64,000 bases of DNA from Octopus sinensis (Eukaryota), in the NCBI RefSeq assembly GCF_006345805.1, contig NC_043007.1, positions 2,666,001 to 2,730,000 of the forward strand, read 5' to 3'. Both the position numbers and the translations under genes were made by a program. This document shows, one piece after another, positions 39,551 to 51,440 of the stretch (the first letter of the stretch is position 1; every line of letters begins with the position of its first letter). Under the pieces are notes generated by a model. That model worked only from the letters and a program-made list of their open reading frames with translations, searched no databases and was not told the DNA's origin.

Positions 39551-39660
39551 AAATTTAAAATAAGGGTGAGAAATTAGATATTAATTTAATTAAAATCGAT
39601 TTCACACCAATTAATTAAATTAATATCTAATTTCTCACCCTTATTTTAAATTTGAAATTA
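39544..39660. repeat. Inverted repeat, 50-bp arms, 17-nt loop, (TA)n on both sides
   Basis: taattttaaatttaaaataagggtgagaaattagatattaatttaattaa versus ttaattaaattaatatctaatttctcacccttattttaaatttgaaatta. Confidence 0.9.
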
Positions 39661-39663
39661 AAT

Positions 39664-39705
<42 letters not shown>

Positions 39706-40100
39706 TACGTAGATGCATATGTGTGTATATATATATGTGCGTGTGTGTGTGTGTATATATATATATATATTTGTGCGTGTGCACCCGCGTGTGTGTATGT
39801 GTGTTTGATGTTATATACATATACACACACATTATGTGAATTCTTCCTCAGAAGAAGGAACTGGTACATATCAAGGATACATAGCTCCAACATTGCAAAG
39901 TGCGTAACAATAACGAAGTCACATTCTGGATTGAGAACGATTTTTGCATATTTTGTCCGTTCCGCTTACACAAATGTATTTGTAATGTGCGAATTACCTG
40001 CCTGATTACTTTTTCTGAAAAGGCGAGTTGATGGATGCAGATTGTCGCTTAAGCCTTTACTTAGAAAGCGAAGTGCACAAAGTGAATTTATTGTCTTGAT

Positions 40101-40323
40101 GTGGGCAGACACGTTAGCACGCCGGGCGAAATGCTTAGCGGTAATTCGTCTGCGTTACGTTGTGAGTTCAAATTCCGCCGAGTTCGACTTTGCCTTTCAT
40201 CCTTTCGGGGTCGATAAATTAAGTACCAGTTACGCACTGGGGTCGATGTAATCGACTTAATACCTATGTCTGTCCTTGTTTGCCCCCTCTGTGTTTAGCC
40301 CCTTGTGGGTAATAAAGAAATAG
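40101..40323 (+). mobile_element. tRNA-derived SINE with Tx1-like 3' tail
   Basis: Same family as 22960; ends tttgccccctctgtgtttagccccttgtgggtaataaagaaatag. Confidence 0.9.
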
Positions 40324-41439
40324 ATGTGGTGATTGGGGATTCCGGTACAGCTGTCAATTTTTAAAAGGATATTCACATCCCGTACAAGCGTACATTTGCA
40401 CGTATGAGTGTATATGTTGCGTCAAGTCAATCTAAATGTTATTGGTAACTTGTAAAACAGAACAACGTGGCGCATAATCGAGTAGCCGGCGACAGAACCG
40501 GCAACCCTACGAAACCTGTTTGGTATGGAGGTGGTTTTTCTGTGGACAACCTGCAGGGCGATAAACAAAACCTATCAAAGAGCGGATAAACTCCGAAGTG
40601 TTAACGGTCATGCAACAGCTGGGAGTGAGAGAACTCTCGTCTTTGTCTACACAACTCTCAAGGAGATAGGAACTCATGTCACTGCAAACCTCTTGCTTAT
40701 GTTTGGAGTCCTTAGCTTTGTAAGTGGGAATCTCAGCAGTGTCGTTCAAGCTGCTATTCGTTTTAAATTTCAGCCTGGGAATTGCTGACAGCCATTGTTT
40801 TAATATCGAGGGTATCATAATTTTTCAGTAAAGGTCATTCTCGTTTATGAACTGACAGCCAACATGTATATCTGTCTGTCTGTCTGTCTGTATGTATGTA
40901 TGTATGTATGTATGTTTGTATGTAGATATGTATGTTTGTATGCTCGTACGTTGACAGATGAATATAGAAAGTGATAGGACGACAAGGTTCCATATATTCG
41001 GTGAATTAAGTGTTGGTAACTGGGTAAACGTGGCGAGGTCAGTCTACGTAATTAAATACGTGCTAACACATACACAGGCACACCTACATACAAGCACACG
41101 CGCATACACACAAACACACAGAATATATAAAGACGGATAAAGGGCAAGACGAAGGAAGGGTGCATTATGTGATTGCGCAAATTGTATGTGAATAGAGTGA
41201 AAGTATTCATATACTGCTATTTTCAAATGCTAATGCACGCCAAGAAAGAATGATTATATTCACAAGCAAGGATATATTCTGCGTGAGTTAATGTCTCTGT
41301 CAACTGATATGCAGAGATATACATATTTATATACGTATTTATTTCATACGAAGGATCTTTATTGATGGTTAGAATTCTGACATGTTTGCTTCGATGCAGT
41401 CGTTATTGGAAATGTAAAACTGTCGATTGCCATTCAAGT

Positions 41440-41620
41440 TTCAGTAATGAAGCATTTATCGATGTAGCCACTTTACCGATGAAGCCACCGCACTGGTTGC
41501 TCGTTTTGTTTCAACCTCAAAAACGCGCGTGAATGCAAAACAACAGAGAACTCGCCTAAAATGCTTCTTCTCAAATTCACACGCATCCGTACGGTGTAAG
41601 CAAAAGCACCAAATACATTT
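41440..41620 (-). mobile_element. Possible old mariner 5' fragment
   Basis: Minus strand EKKHFRRVLCCFAF resembles the mariner N-terminus (KxHFRHILLFxF); short and degenerate. Confidence 0.3.
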
Positions 41621-42699
41621 TGCTTTCAAAGACATGAGGCAATGAGAGCGTTTGTATGTGACCAATTAATGAACTTGATGAAAACGTGTAACGTCCTTCA
41701 ATTCGAACCCTTAATGTCTTAGCATACAAACACCCTAATAGCTACATCTACAAGCATCAAGAACAACTGCAACGACTTCTATGGTTATCCCAAAGTACCG
41801 AGTAGACGAGCTCTTCTCGTTTCATTACCTTAAGACAATAAATTTTGCTATTTCTAATGTACTCCTGTGCAGATAGGTGAGAACAGGTACGAGAGTAGTG
41901 CATTTCTCACATCTTTGATCAGATCTAGTCTTTTGTATTATTTCTTAAATTCAATCACTTTTAAAATATTAAAGTTTAATTAACGATCAGTTCCGTCACA
42001 ACTTTGCTTTACTACACCTAATCAATGGTTATTCCCTGTGCGAAGCTTAGGAGGTCCACTACATTTCAAACCGTCTTCTGGACAATAATAGACTCCTATA
42101 TGTTCCTGAAAGATAGAAATCTCATGTAAACTGCTTAACATTAATAGACAGAGGTATTCATTTGCAGAATCGTACATCAATACCTGTATTAACCTTGAAA
42201 ATATGAAAAGAGAATTCATCGCTCACGAGTAAAGCGAAAACATCGCCCAGAGTATAGAGGAATAGAAGCGAACTTTAAATTGAAAATTTATGAGATCGTT
42301 TAACGTGGACTGGGATAGGGTCTAGGTTCTCAACCACAAGATGCCCCGGACTGACAGGTCATCGATTCGATTCGCCTGATTAGATAATTATTTCCGCTAA
42401 TTTATAAGAATATTAAAAGTAGTTAACTGCTAAGCTACAACATATCTAAAAACCGTTAATATCTAACACGCTCACCGATGCATCTTCTATAAATGCAAAA
42501 ACACCCGCTAAACACCAATATAAACACACACACCTTTCTACACACAAACATACACACACATATAGTAGAGGTACGCATGTATATGTATGTTGCTGTCTGT
42601 GCATTTCTGATTGTGTATATATACATACACGTTTACACTTTGTTACATATATTATACATATATATATATATATACACGCATACATACGTACATACATAC

Positions 42700-42829
42700 A
42701 TTCATACATACATACATAAACAGCATAAAAGAATGTTATGTATATATATGTATATATATGCACGAATACATTCATACATACATACATTCATACATACATG
42801 CATACATACATAAATAGCATAAAAGAATG

Positions 42830-42889
<60 letters not shown>

Positions 42890-43060
42890 GCACGCATACA
42901 TACGTACATACATTCATACATGCATGCATACATACATAAACAGCATAAAAGAATGTTATATATATATGTATATATATGCACGCATACATACGTACATACA
43001 TACATTCAGACGTTCATACATACATGCATACATACATACATAAACAGCATAAAAGAATCG
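42700..43060. repeat. Composite minisatellite, ~4 units anchored on agcataaaagaat with variable TA/TACA filler
   Basis: cagcataaaagaat or tagcataaaagaat at ~42721, 42816, 42941, 43044. Confidence 0.85.
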
Positions 43061-43344
43061 CCAGACGCAAAATGAAAACCGCGCAAATAAACACATTGGA
43101 TAGGAAATTCAAAGAAAACGCGCCAGTTGATATCGTAAATATAGGACAGCGAGAAAAAGAAATTTGTGAACAACGAATGATTACTTACATTCAGCATTTT
43201 TATAGCAAAATATAATTTCACACATTTTTAAACACTTTCCACTTAAATGAATTCATTTTCACACCATGTTAAGAAAGTTTCTTATAAGTAACTTATTCAA
43301 CATGCTGTTATGAATTTTCCCTTCGCAATATATTTATGAATACA

Positions 43345-43644
43345 CTAGCAGTATCGCCCGGCGTTGCTCGGGTTTGTAAGGGAAATAACTATATAAGCAT
43401 TTTTAGAGAGTTACTTCCCTTATGTAATATAAAAAAAATGCATTAAAAATAAGAAAAAATGATGGTAAACTTTTTTTTAAATCGTAGACTCATCGTAGAC
43501 GCGCGCTAATACCCAGAAAGGGCTCGATATGAATAACGACTATAAGATACCCGCTTTTGGTTACACTGCACCGCAAAATGTGGGAGTAGTTAGGAATCTA
43601 AATCGTAGGAGACAGACACAAAACTTCACTTTTATATATAAAGA
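43345..43644 (-). mobile_element. Non-autonomous Helitron, 300 bp
   Basis: Minus strand starts A|TCtttatatataaaag and ends with hairpin cccgagcaacgccggg then CTAG|T; no TSD. Confidence 0.85.
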
Positions 43645-43962
43645 TTTGCACTGTTTTGCTATTGACAGGAAGCAAAATATATGGAATAGCAAAGCAGAAG
43701 CAGAAGCTCCCCAAATTATGTTCATCTGTCTTGTAACTGAGTGTTTTCATAGTCTCCGCAGCCACGCTCTATAATGCAAATGCGTCATAGTGTGATCAGA
43801 ATGATTACATCCATACACTGCGCACTTTATAACCTTGAAACATTACAAATGAAGCAATCCTATGACGAAAGTATGAATCTGCGTTTTACAGACATACTTA
43901 CATACATTCGCACATATATATATATATAATATATATATATACATATACATATACGTATACGT

Positions 43963-44015
<53 letters not shown>

Positions 44016-44723
44016 TATATGTATGTATGCATTCATAAATGCATACAGGTGCACACAAACACACACATTATCACCGTTTATTAGCAGTCTAGACGTTTTT
44101 TTTCACAATGCAAAATCTTTGCCAAGAAGGAGATGCCTGTTTTAGAATATCAGATTACATGAATGCGTAGTCAATTTCATAACCACAAAGCCATGCTTTC
44201 GTCATAATGTATATATATGTATACTTATAGATACACATACAAACACGCATACATACACATACACATTTCACTGTGTCAACCTCTAAAGAACAAATCGATA
44301 GGTCACTGAGTATTTTACACTTTATAGTGGAATATTATTGCGTAACCTATTTCATTCAGCTCCAGAACGGTTTATTTTTATCAGTTCTACTGTATCTGAA
44401 ATATATTTCTATTTCCTAACACTGAATCAAGTGAACAAATACTTGGTGTAGTTGTGAAGAATTTGTAATTTTTTTAAAGTTTCATCTGTAGATCTTAATT
44501 TTTATCGCTTGTAGGTTTTCTTTCAGCAGATAGTTTTTCAGATATTAAATTTTTCATTTTTATCAGTTTAGTTGGAATTCACCATTTTAATTTTATCATT
44601 GTGTGTTTCTTATCGTATAATTTCAGCATCCCCTTGTTAAGGATACTTTTCTTTATCTTATATATGGATTTTATTTGTGTATATATTTATACACCTATTT
44701 TGAGTTTGTACATTATTATTTCC

Positions 44724-44805
<82 letters not shown>

Positions 44806-44870
44806 GTAGGTAGGTAGGTAGGTAAATCAATAGATAAATATATAGATTGATAGATAAATAGACAGATAGA
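44724..44870. repeat. (GATA)n/(GGTA)n microsatellite
   Basis: Direct reading. Confidence 0.95.
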
Positions 44871-45519
44871 TAGAGAATGAAATATAATAAATATAATATA
44901 ACATAATTGTAAAATCGATTATCAAAATCGTGTTAACACTTCTAAGATGACTCCGAAATATGTAACGAGCATCTACATTTAGTATTCATCGATATGAGCA
45001 TATTTGAATTTAATCTGGTGCATAATATATAGACGTTTTACAAGCTATCACTGTGTGATTGTAAACAGTTTCAACAGATATGCATCAGTATTTAAGTAGG
45101 CGTTCATTCAGCCGTATAGAATAAGGTTTGAATATACTTTGACGAAGAGATTTTGGTAAAGCTTGTTGAAAATTGAAACGGATATATTTATGATACGTAT
45201 ATTTTCTAATATTTTCAACAGGACACAATTTGCGCTGAGTCGAAGAATATTTTTCCAGCAGTTCAAAGTATATTTTAGCTACATGGGTAGAAAAATCTTC
45301 TTCTTAAAGAAGATTCTTCCTAGTAGCATTTATTTCGTTTTGTTTAAATGTGATCTATTCTTTGCAAAAATCTAATCTTTCTGGTAAATTCGCTACGTTG
45401 TAAATTATTATTACGATATTCAAAATAAGGAAAATATTCAAATTCCTCAGGAAGTAGATGGGAACGGAGACTTTAAAACTGTTTGTTTCGGGATGGTTGA
45501 TCATCCTATGGATATATTC

Positions 45520-45648
45520 TTTTCTACTCTAGGCACAAGACCCGAAATTTTGCGGGTGTGGCCAAACGATTAGATCGACCCCAGTTTGCAACTGGTACTT
45601 AATTTATCGACCCCAAAATGGTGAAAGGCAAAGTCAACCTCGACGGAA
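45520..45648 (-). mobile_element. 5'-truncated SINE with 17-bp TSD
   Basis: TSD atcctatggatatattc at 45503-45519 and 45649-45665. Confidence 0.88.
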
Positions 45649-45764
45649 ATCCTATGGATATATTCCAGTAACAGATTGGCGTTTCCAAACGGCACAATTT
45701 CCAAATTCTTGCATTAAATTCCAATAAGTTTAGTGGTGATCCTCATTGCAGTTTTGACGATTGG

Positions 45765-45807
<43 letters not shown>

Positions 45808-45839
45808 AAAGAATAATATAATACATACTATGTATGTAT

Positions 45840-46103
45840 TATTTTATTCTTTTATTTGTTTCATTCATTTGACTGCGGCCAACCTGGAGCACTACCTGAA
45901 GGTGTTTTAGTCGAACAAATCGGTCACAGGGCTTATCCATATTAAGCCTAATACTTATTCTCTCGCCCTCTTTTTGCCGAACCGCTAAGTTACCGGGACA
46001 TAAACACACCAGCATCGATAGTCAAGTGATGGTGGTGGGACAAACACAGATACAAAGACAAAAATATATACATATACATAAATACATATACATATACATC
46101 ATG

Positions 46104-46137
<34 letters not shown>

Positions 46138-46590
46138 ACTTGAGATAGGGGTTGTAAATGCAACCCTCCATGGGATACCATATATCCAATATACTGCTAG
46201 TGAAGTACCCAACAAAGTTAATACATAAATTTTAAGAATTGCGATGCAATTAATTCATTTACTGCATTATATGGGCAACGATAAATTGTTTTACCACAAA
46301 TTCATAATACAAAATAAGAAAATGGAGAAATACATCCAAATCAAATATCAATTACCAGATAATACCCAATCACATACTTTATTAAACCATGGGTATTATC
46401 TGGTAATTGATATTTGATTTGGATGTATTTCTCCATTTTCTTATTTTGTATATATATATATATATATACACGATGGGCGTCTTTCCGTTTCCATCTGGTA
46501 AATCCACTCACAAGATTTTGGTCGGACCGATGCTATAGTAGAAGACACTTGCCCAGTGGGAATGAACCCGGAACCATGTGGCTGGAAAGT
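45840..46590 (-). mobile_element. Composite SINE (3' domain ~45840-46060, head ~46471-46590) with a ~310-bp insert in its internal (TA)n
   Basis: Both halves are in the same orientation and expected order; the insert is bounded by TA runs. Confidence 0.7.
46308..46450. repeat. Perfect inverted repeat, 61-bp arms, 21-nt loop
   Basis: tacaaaataagaaaatggag...ataataccca versus tgggtattatc...cttattttgta. Confidence 0.92.
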
Positions 46591-49092
46591 CAAATTCATA
46601 TCCCAGAAAGAGAGAGAGAGAGAGAAAGAAAGAAAGGGGAAGGAAGGGAGAGAAAAAGAGAGACTTTATAATACTTCCTAATAGACTAAATTGTCTAACT
46701 TCAAATTGCATCGCTGCTTTATCTTTTCGTACACAAATGTTTGCGTAAGCTACTGCATATGCGAATTCGAGTATACCCGAATTAATGAAAGTCTGATAGC
46801 ATTTTACACACGAACAAAGTATCATATATCAATAAATATATATATATGCTCCTATTTCTATTTCTACTTTCTATATACATTCTGACTTCACTTTTAGTTT
46901 GCATCGGAATGTGCGTGCATTCCTGGTTCAGTTATGTGTCTGCGACTTTTATATATTTCATTAATGTGTAACAGCATTAATAGAAGAGCGAAACTTTTTG
47001 GCATCATTTGTAGATTTACCACTGTAGGTAACAGTGTCTAACGTCTACTTACTGGTGGACGTATAATGAAAATACTTTCTTTATATGTGAGCAGTTAAGC
47101 GTTATCTGTCCCTGCAAAATCAATATTTCATATATCCACTCATATTCGTAGAATGTTACTAAATTAGATGCTTGAGAAGGCTTTATAATGAAAGAATTGC
47201 ACTGCAATAAATGAGTCTGCCACCTAGCTCTTAAACGCGTTAATAACTGTGCAAACTTTGTTGATACTTAGTGCCATAATTGATATAGTTTTCCTTTCAA
47301 TTCCATTTATGCATCACAAATAGTTATTCAATATATGCAAGTTAATATTTAGTATTCTGATTGGCATATTCCAAAATTATTATCTCTTTTGAATGGCTGT
47401 GACACTAGATATTGATAAGGTTCACAATGGCCGGTGAAAACTGACTTCAGAACATGGTTCATGCTCACGTAATTAAACAAAAGTGCTGACATGCCACAAT
47501 TTTGCTCATAATTTAGAATGACTATAAAAGTATGAAACCAGATATTGTGAGTTCGTTTCTTACTGGTTCCCTCGTCAAGTCAATGCGGTAGCCTCTACAT
47601 GGTCACGAAACTTGCCAGAAATAACAGTGTAATCTCTTTCAAATTACATCATACTATTCAACAAAATATTATAAACGGTAACACGTTCTCGATGCACTCT
47701 ACCTAACAGCAAGACATTATGTTCATGGTTCTGTTTCATCAAAAGCGACTTGAGGTCAAACAACTACAGCAAACTATAACTGTAATATTTTCCACTAGAT
47801 GATGCGTCTCAGTTTTCCATTACATTAATTTTTGTTTTATCCCGAAGTAGTATCGTATATAAATTATAAAATATTTACATCAAATATCTTAAATTTCACC
47901 ACTGACTTGATTGCACTGACTTGACTGCACTGTCTCTCAGCGATCGGGTCGTAGTGGCATAAGGAATAATGTTAACGTTATATAATTTTAGATCCGCGAT
48001 TCTTTACGTCAACAGTGTACTCTCTCGGGGACATTATGAACTAACAAGGGGTGGGCGATGTAAAGAGATCAGTATGGGTTATACTGCATATTTAGAGTAA
48101 CGGTAGCGTATTCCTTAGAAATATCATATTACAACACTTTTGGACTAATTTTTGAAACGAAGCCATTATTTGGATTAAAATACAAGTAGAATATTTTGTC
48201 AGCGCTGCGCAGAAACATGACAGATAATGCACCAAAGCCTGATATCATTTTCTGTAAAAATGAATTCTCGAATTCGTTATTAATTTACCTTACAAAATTG
48301 GTAATATTGATAATTCTGCAAGCAAATATCTAAACAGAAGTGATTGCTGGATGATTTGGTGCAAGAGAGTATAGAATAAAACAACTGTGTAAATATAGTT
48401 TCTGTTTACTTAGAATTATTTTTGTTTTCCAAATATAAGCTAAGATAATATTTGTAAAACAAAACTCGGTAAGATCAGAAGCTTACTGTGTATGTTGTGT
48501 TAAATGATTATCCTGATTTGCCCATGATTTTATTGTTTCCGTTCAGGTCATGATTTCAAATCAGGTACATTGTCCAGACAAAAGAAGCTCCGAACACTAG
48601 TTGTACATAAATTAAAGCAATATTTTAATAAGCAAAAATTTAATTGATATGTTTATATTTTGCAGACGTCGTAAAGCAGTGCAACGAAATCAGAAAGAAG
48701 TTTGAGAGGAAAGTCTGCAAAACGAGGTTAACAAATAAGTCAATTCGTAAACAAATGATCTGGTTTTGAACATGAAAATAGAAGAACCAAATATCCCAGT
48801 GTATAAAAGAATAAGCTAGATATCATGAATAAAGAGAATCCAAGTGTAGCTCTTCGGCGGCATCTATTAAAATAGTACCACATATCATCTGCACAGTTTA
48901 TAGCCATATTGTAATAAGTAGTACTTGACTTTATATCCAGTCTGTAACACTATTCTATATTTAAGTCATTTGGTTTGTTGCCTAAAATAGCCAGTAATAT
49001 TGTGCTTTCGCAGCAAAACATTTCTAGAATAGTAATGTAGAAATGTAGAATGATTTATTTGTTAAGTGTTGTACAGTGTATATGTATATATA

Positions 49093-49145
<53 letters not shown>

Positions 49146-49459
49146 AGAGAGAGAGAGAGAAATGGCTCCATAAAATGCGTATGTCAGAACATAGAAACAT
49201 TTATTGAGGTCAATAAATGAACCACGACAACAAATCGTTCCTACAAAAAGGAATAAATCAATGTCAATTAAATTATTTTGTAAAATAATGAATTAATAAA
49301 ATCTAACCAATTCCCAAATGGTAAGGCCGTGAAATGTGACCATCATCATATGATAAATATATTTATTGAGGTTGGAAAACAAGACGTTCGCAAATCTTTC
49401 CTAAGAATATATTAATGGCAGAACAATTCAACTCGTGTATAATTTACGAATAAAATATT

Positions 49460-49682
49460 ATTTTCTACTCTAGGCATAAGGCCCGAGTTTTGGGGGGAGG
49501 GGGGGCAGTTGATTAGATCGACCCCAGTACGCAACTGGTGCTTAATTAATCGACACCGAAAGGATGAAGGGCAAAGTCGACCTCGGCGGAATTTGAACTT
49601 AGAACGTAGCGGCAGACGAAATACCGCTAAGCATTTTGCCTTAAGATAATCCGGATTAAATTTCTGCCAGCTCCCCGCCTTG
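49460..49682 (-). mobile_element. tRNA-derived SINE (family of 22960, alternative 3' tail)
   Basis: ttttctactctaggcataaggcccg...atcgaccccagtacgcaactgg...ctgccagctccccgcctt. Confidence 0.85.
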
Positions 49683-49769
49683 ACCCTAGGATAAATAATG
49701 GCAAAAACAATGATGGCAAGAAAAACATCAGGAATTAGTTCATTCCATTCTTATATTTAACTTATGCCT

Positions 49770-49950
49770 GACTTGGCTGAGTCGTTAGTGCATCGAACAA
49801 ATTGATTTGCACAGTTTCTTCCGACACTTTACTTTCTGGGTTTGAATGCCACCGAAATCAAATCAGATTTTCATTCTATAGGAATCGATAAATAAAAATA
49901 CCAATTAAACACTAAGGTCGATGATATCGTTTACTCGCTCCCTTCCAATA
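49770..49950 (+). mobile_element. Old degenerate copy of the same SINE family
   Basis: gagtcgttagtgcatcgaacaaat...ttttcattctataggaatcgataaaataaaaataccaattaaacactaaggtcgat. Confidence 0.55.
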
Positions 49951-51189
49951 CTACTGGCCTTCTACTTATACGAGGAAAGATTAATTGTCTCATATATGTG
50001 TCAAATCGATGTTTGGCATTCCTTAATTGCCCAGTCATCAATGAGTGATTTCTACTTCCGATAAGCTCAATATTCCTTCAGTATTTTATTTTCTGATTTC
50101 ATTATTAAGAGTTGAATAAATACTCCTCGCTGATGTAATACTTTCCGCTCTGCTGTTGAGCTAGATTTTACCTGTTTAGGGGCTTGGTTTAGAGTAGAGC
50201 GGGTTATTCCACGGTTTCCGAAAATAGCCAGAGAAGATTGTTCCTAAATGCTTGCAACGTGATGAACATTAAGAAGAACCGAATGGTGATGGCAAGGGAA
50301 GGAGATGGACTAAATTTATAACCACCAAAATGGGCGGTGGGGATAATATAAAACAACCGTATCAATACTCTAGCTCTAGCAAAGGTAGCCATGCATAGAC
50401 AACACCCGGTAATTCATTCATCAATAAGATAACGACATGGCTGAGTATCTCTCATAAGGAAAGAATAGAGGAGGATATATAAAAATAGAGGAGGAAATAA
50501 TGCGAGATATGAAGGCTCACCCAATTAATTTTCAAACTTCACAACTTTTGGTCTGTATTTTAGCGATTTATTTAACTATTTATCCATCATTTATCCCCAA
50601 AATAACGGAAGACAATTGCTATAATCTCAGATATTGTTGCAAATTAAAAATGCGATTAGCTAAAGCTGTAGTCAAAGCTGAATATCAAGGAATGGTGGTT
50701 TCAAAACATTTATGTAAATCCATCTTCGACATTCTCCTCTTCTAGGTGGGTTGGGAAAACAGACAATGAAGAAATTTCCTTGAGAAAATATCATGATTCA
50801 CGGTTGATCAACCGGTAAAAATGATGTACAAAAAAAACAACGCAGGAATGTTGAGTAACGACACTGAGTGAATGAAGAACAATATGGTGGAATACTTGAT
50901 GTTGGTTGATGAGAGATAAAGATTAACGTAGTAGGATAAAGCATTTGATGTAGATTTCTGATGTGCATAGTTAAGAGATTACATAAATTGAGATAATGTT
51001 AATGGAATGTTACGTTACAAGAAAGATTAGTAATCAGACACGTGTCCTCATCTGGTATTATATACACATAACTATTTGATATTTTAGTGCGGATTAATTT
51101 AATCTGGATTATCTTAATCAATGACGGCGAAAATCATTGAAACGCAACTTGATTGCAAGGAAACGAGCATTATTCACCAACCTATTTAG

Positions 51190-51263
<74 letters not shown>

Positions 51264-51270
51264 GTCTATC

Positions 51271-51338
<68 letters not shown>

Positions 51339-51343
51339 CGTCC

Positions 51344-51423
<80 letters not shown>

Positions 51424-51440
51424 GTCTATCTATCTATCTA
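51190..51440. repeat. (TATC)n microsatellite
   Basis: Direct reading. Confidence 0.95.

Noticed and set aside
40507-40818. 103-aa minus-strand ORF
   Set aside because: No recognisable motif or splice context; probably a decayed repeat
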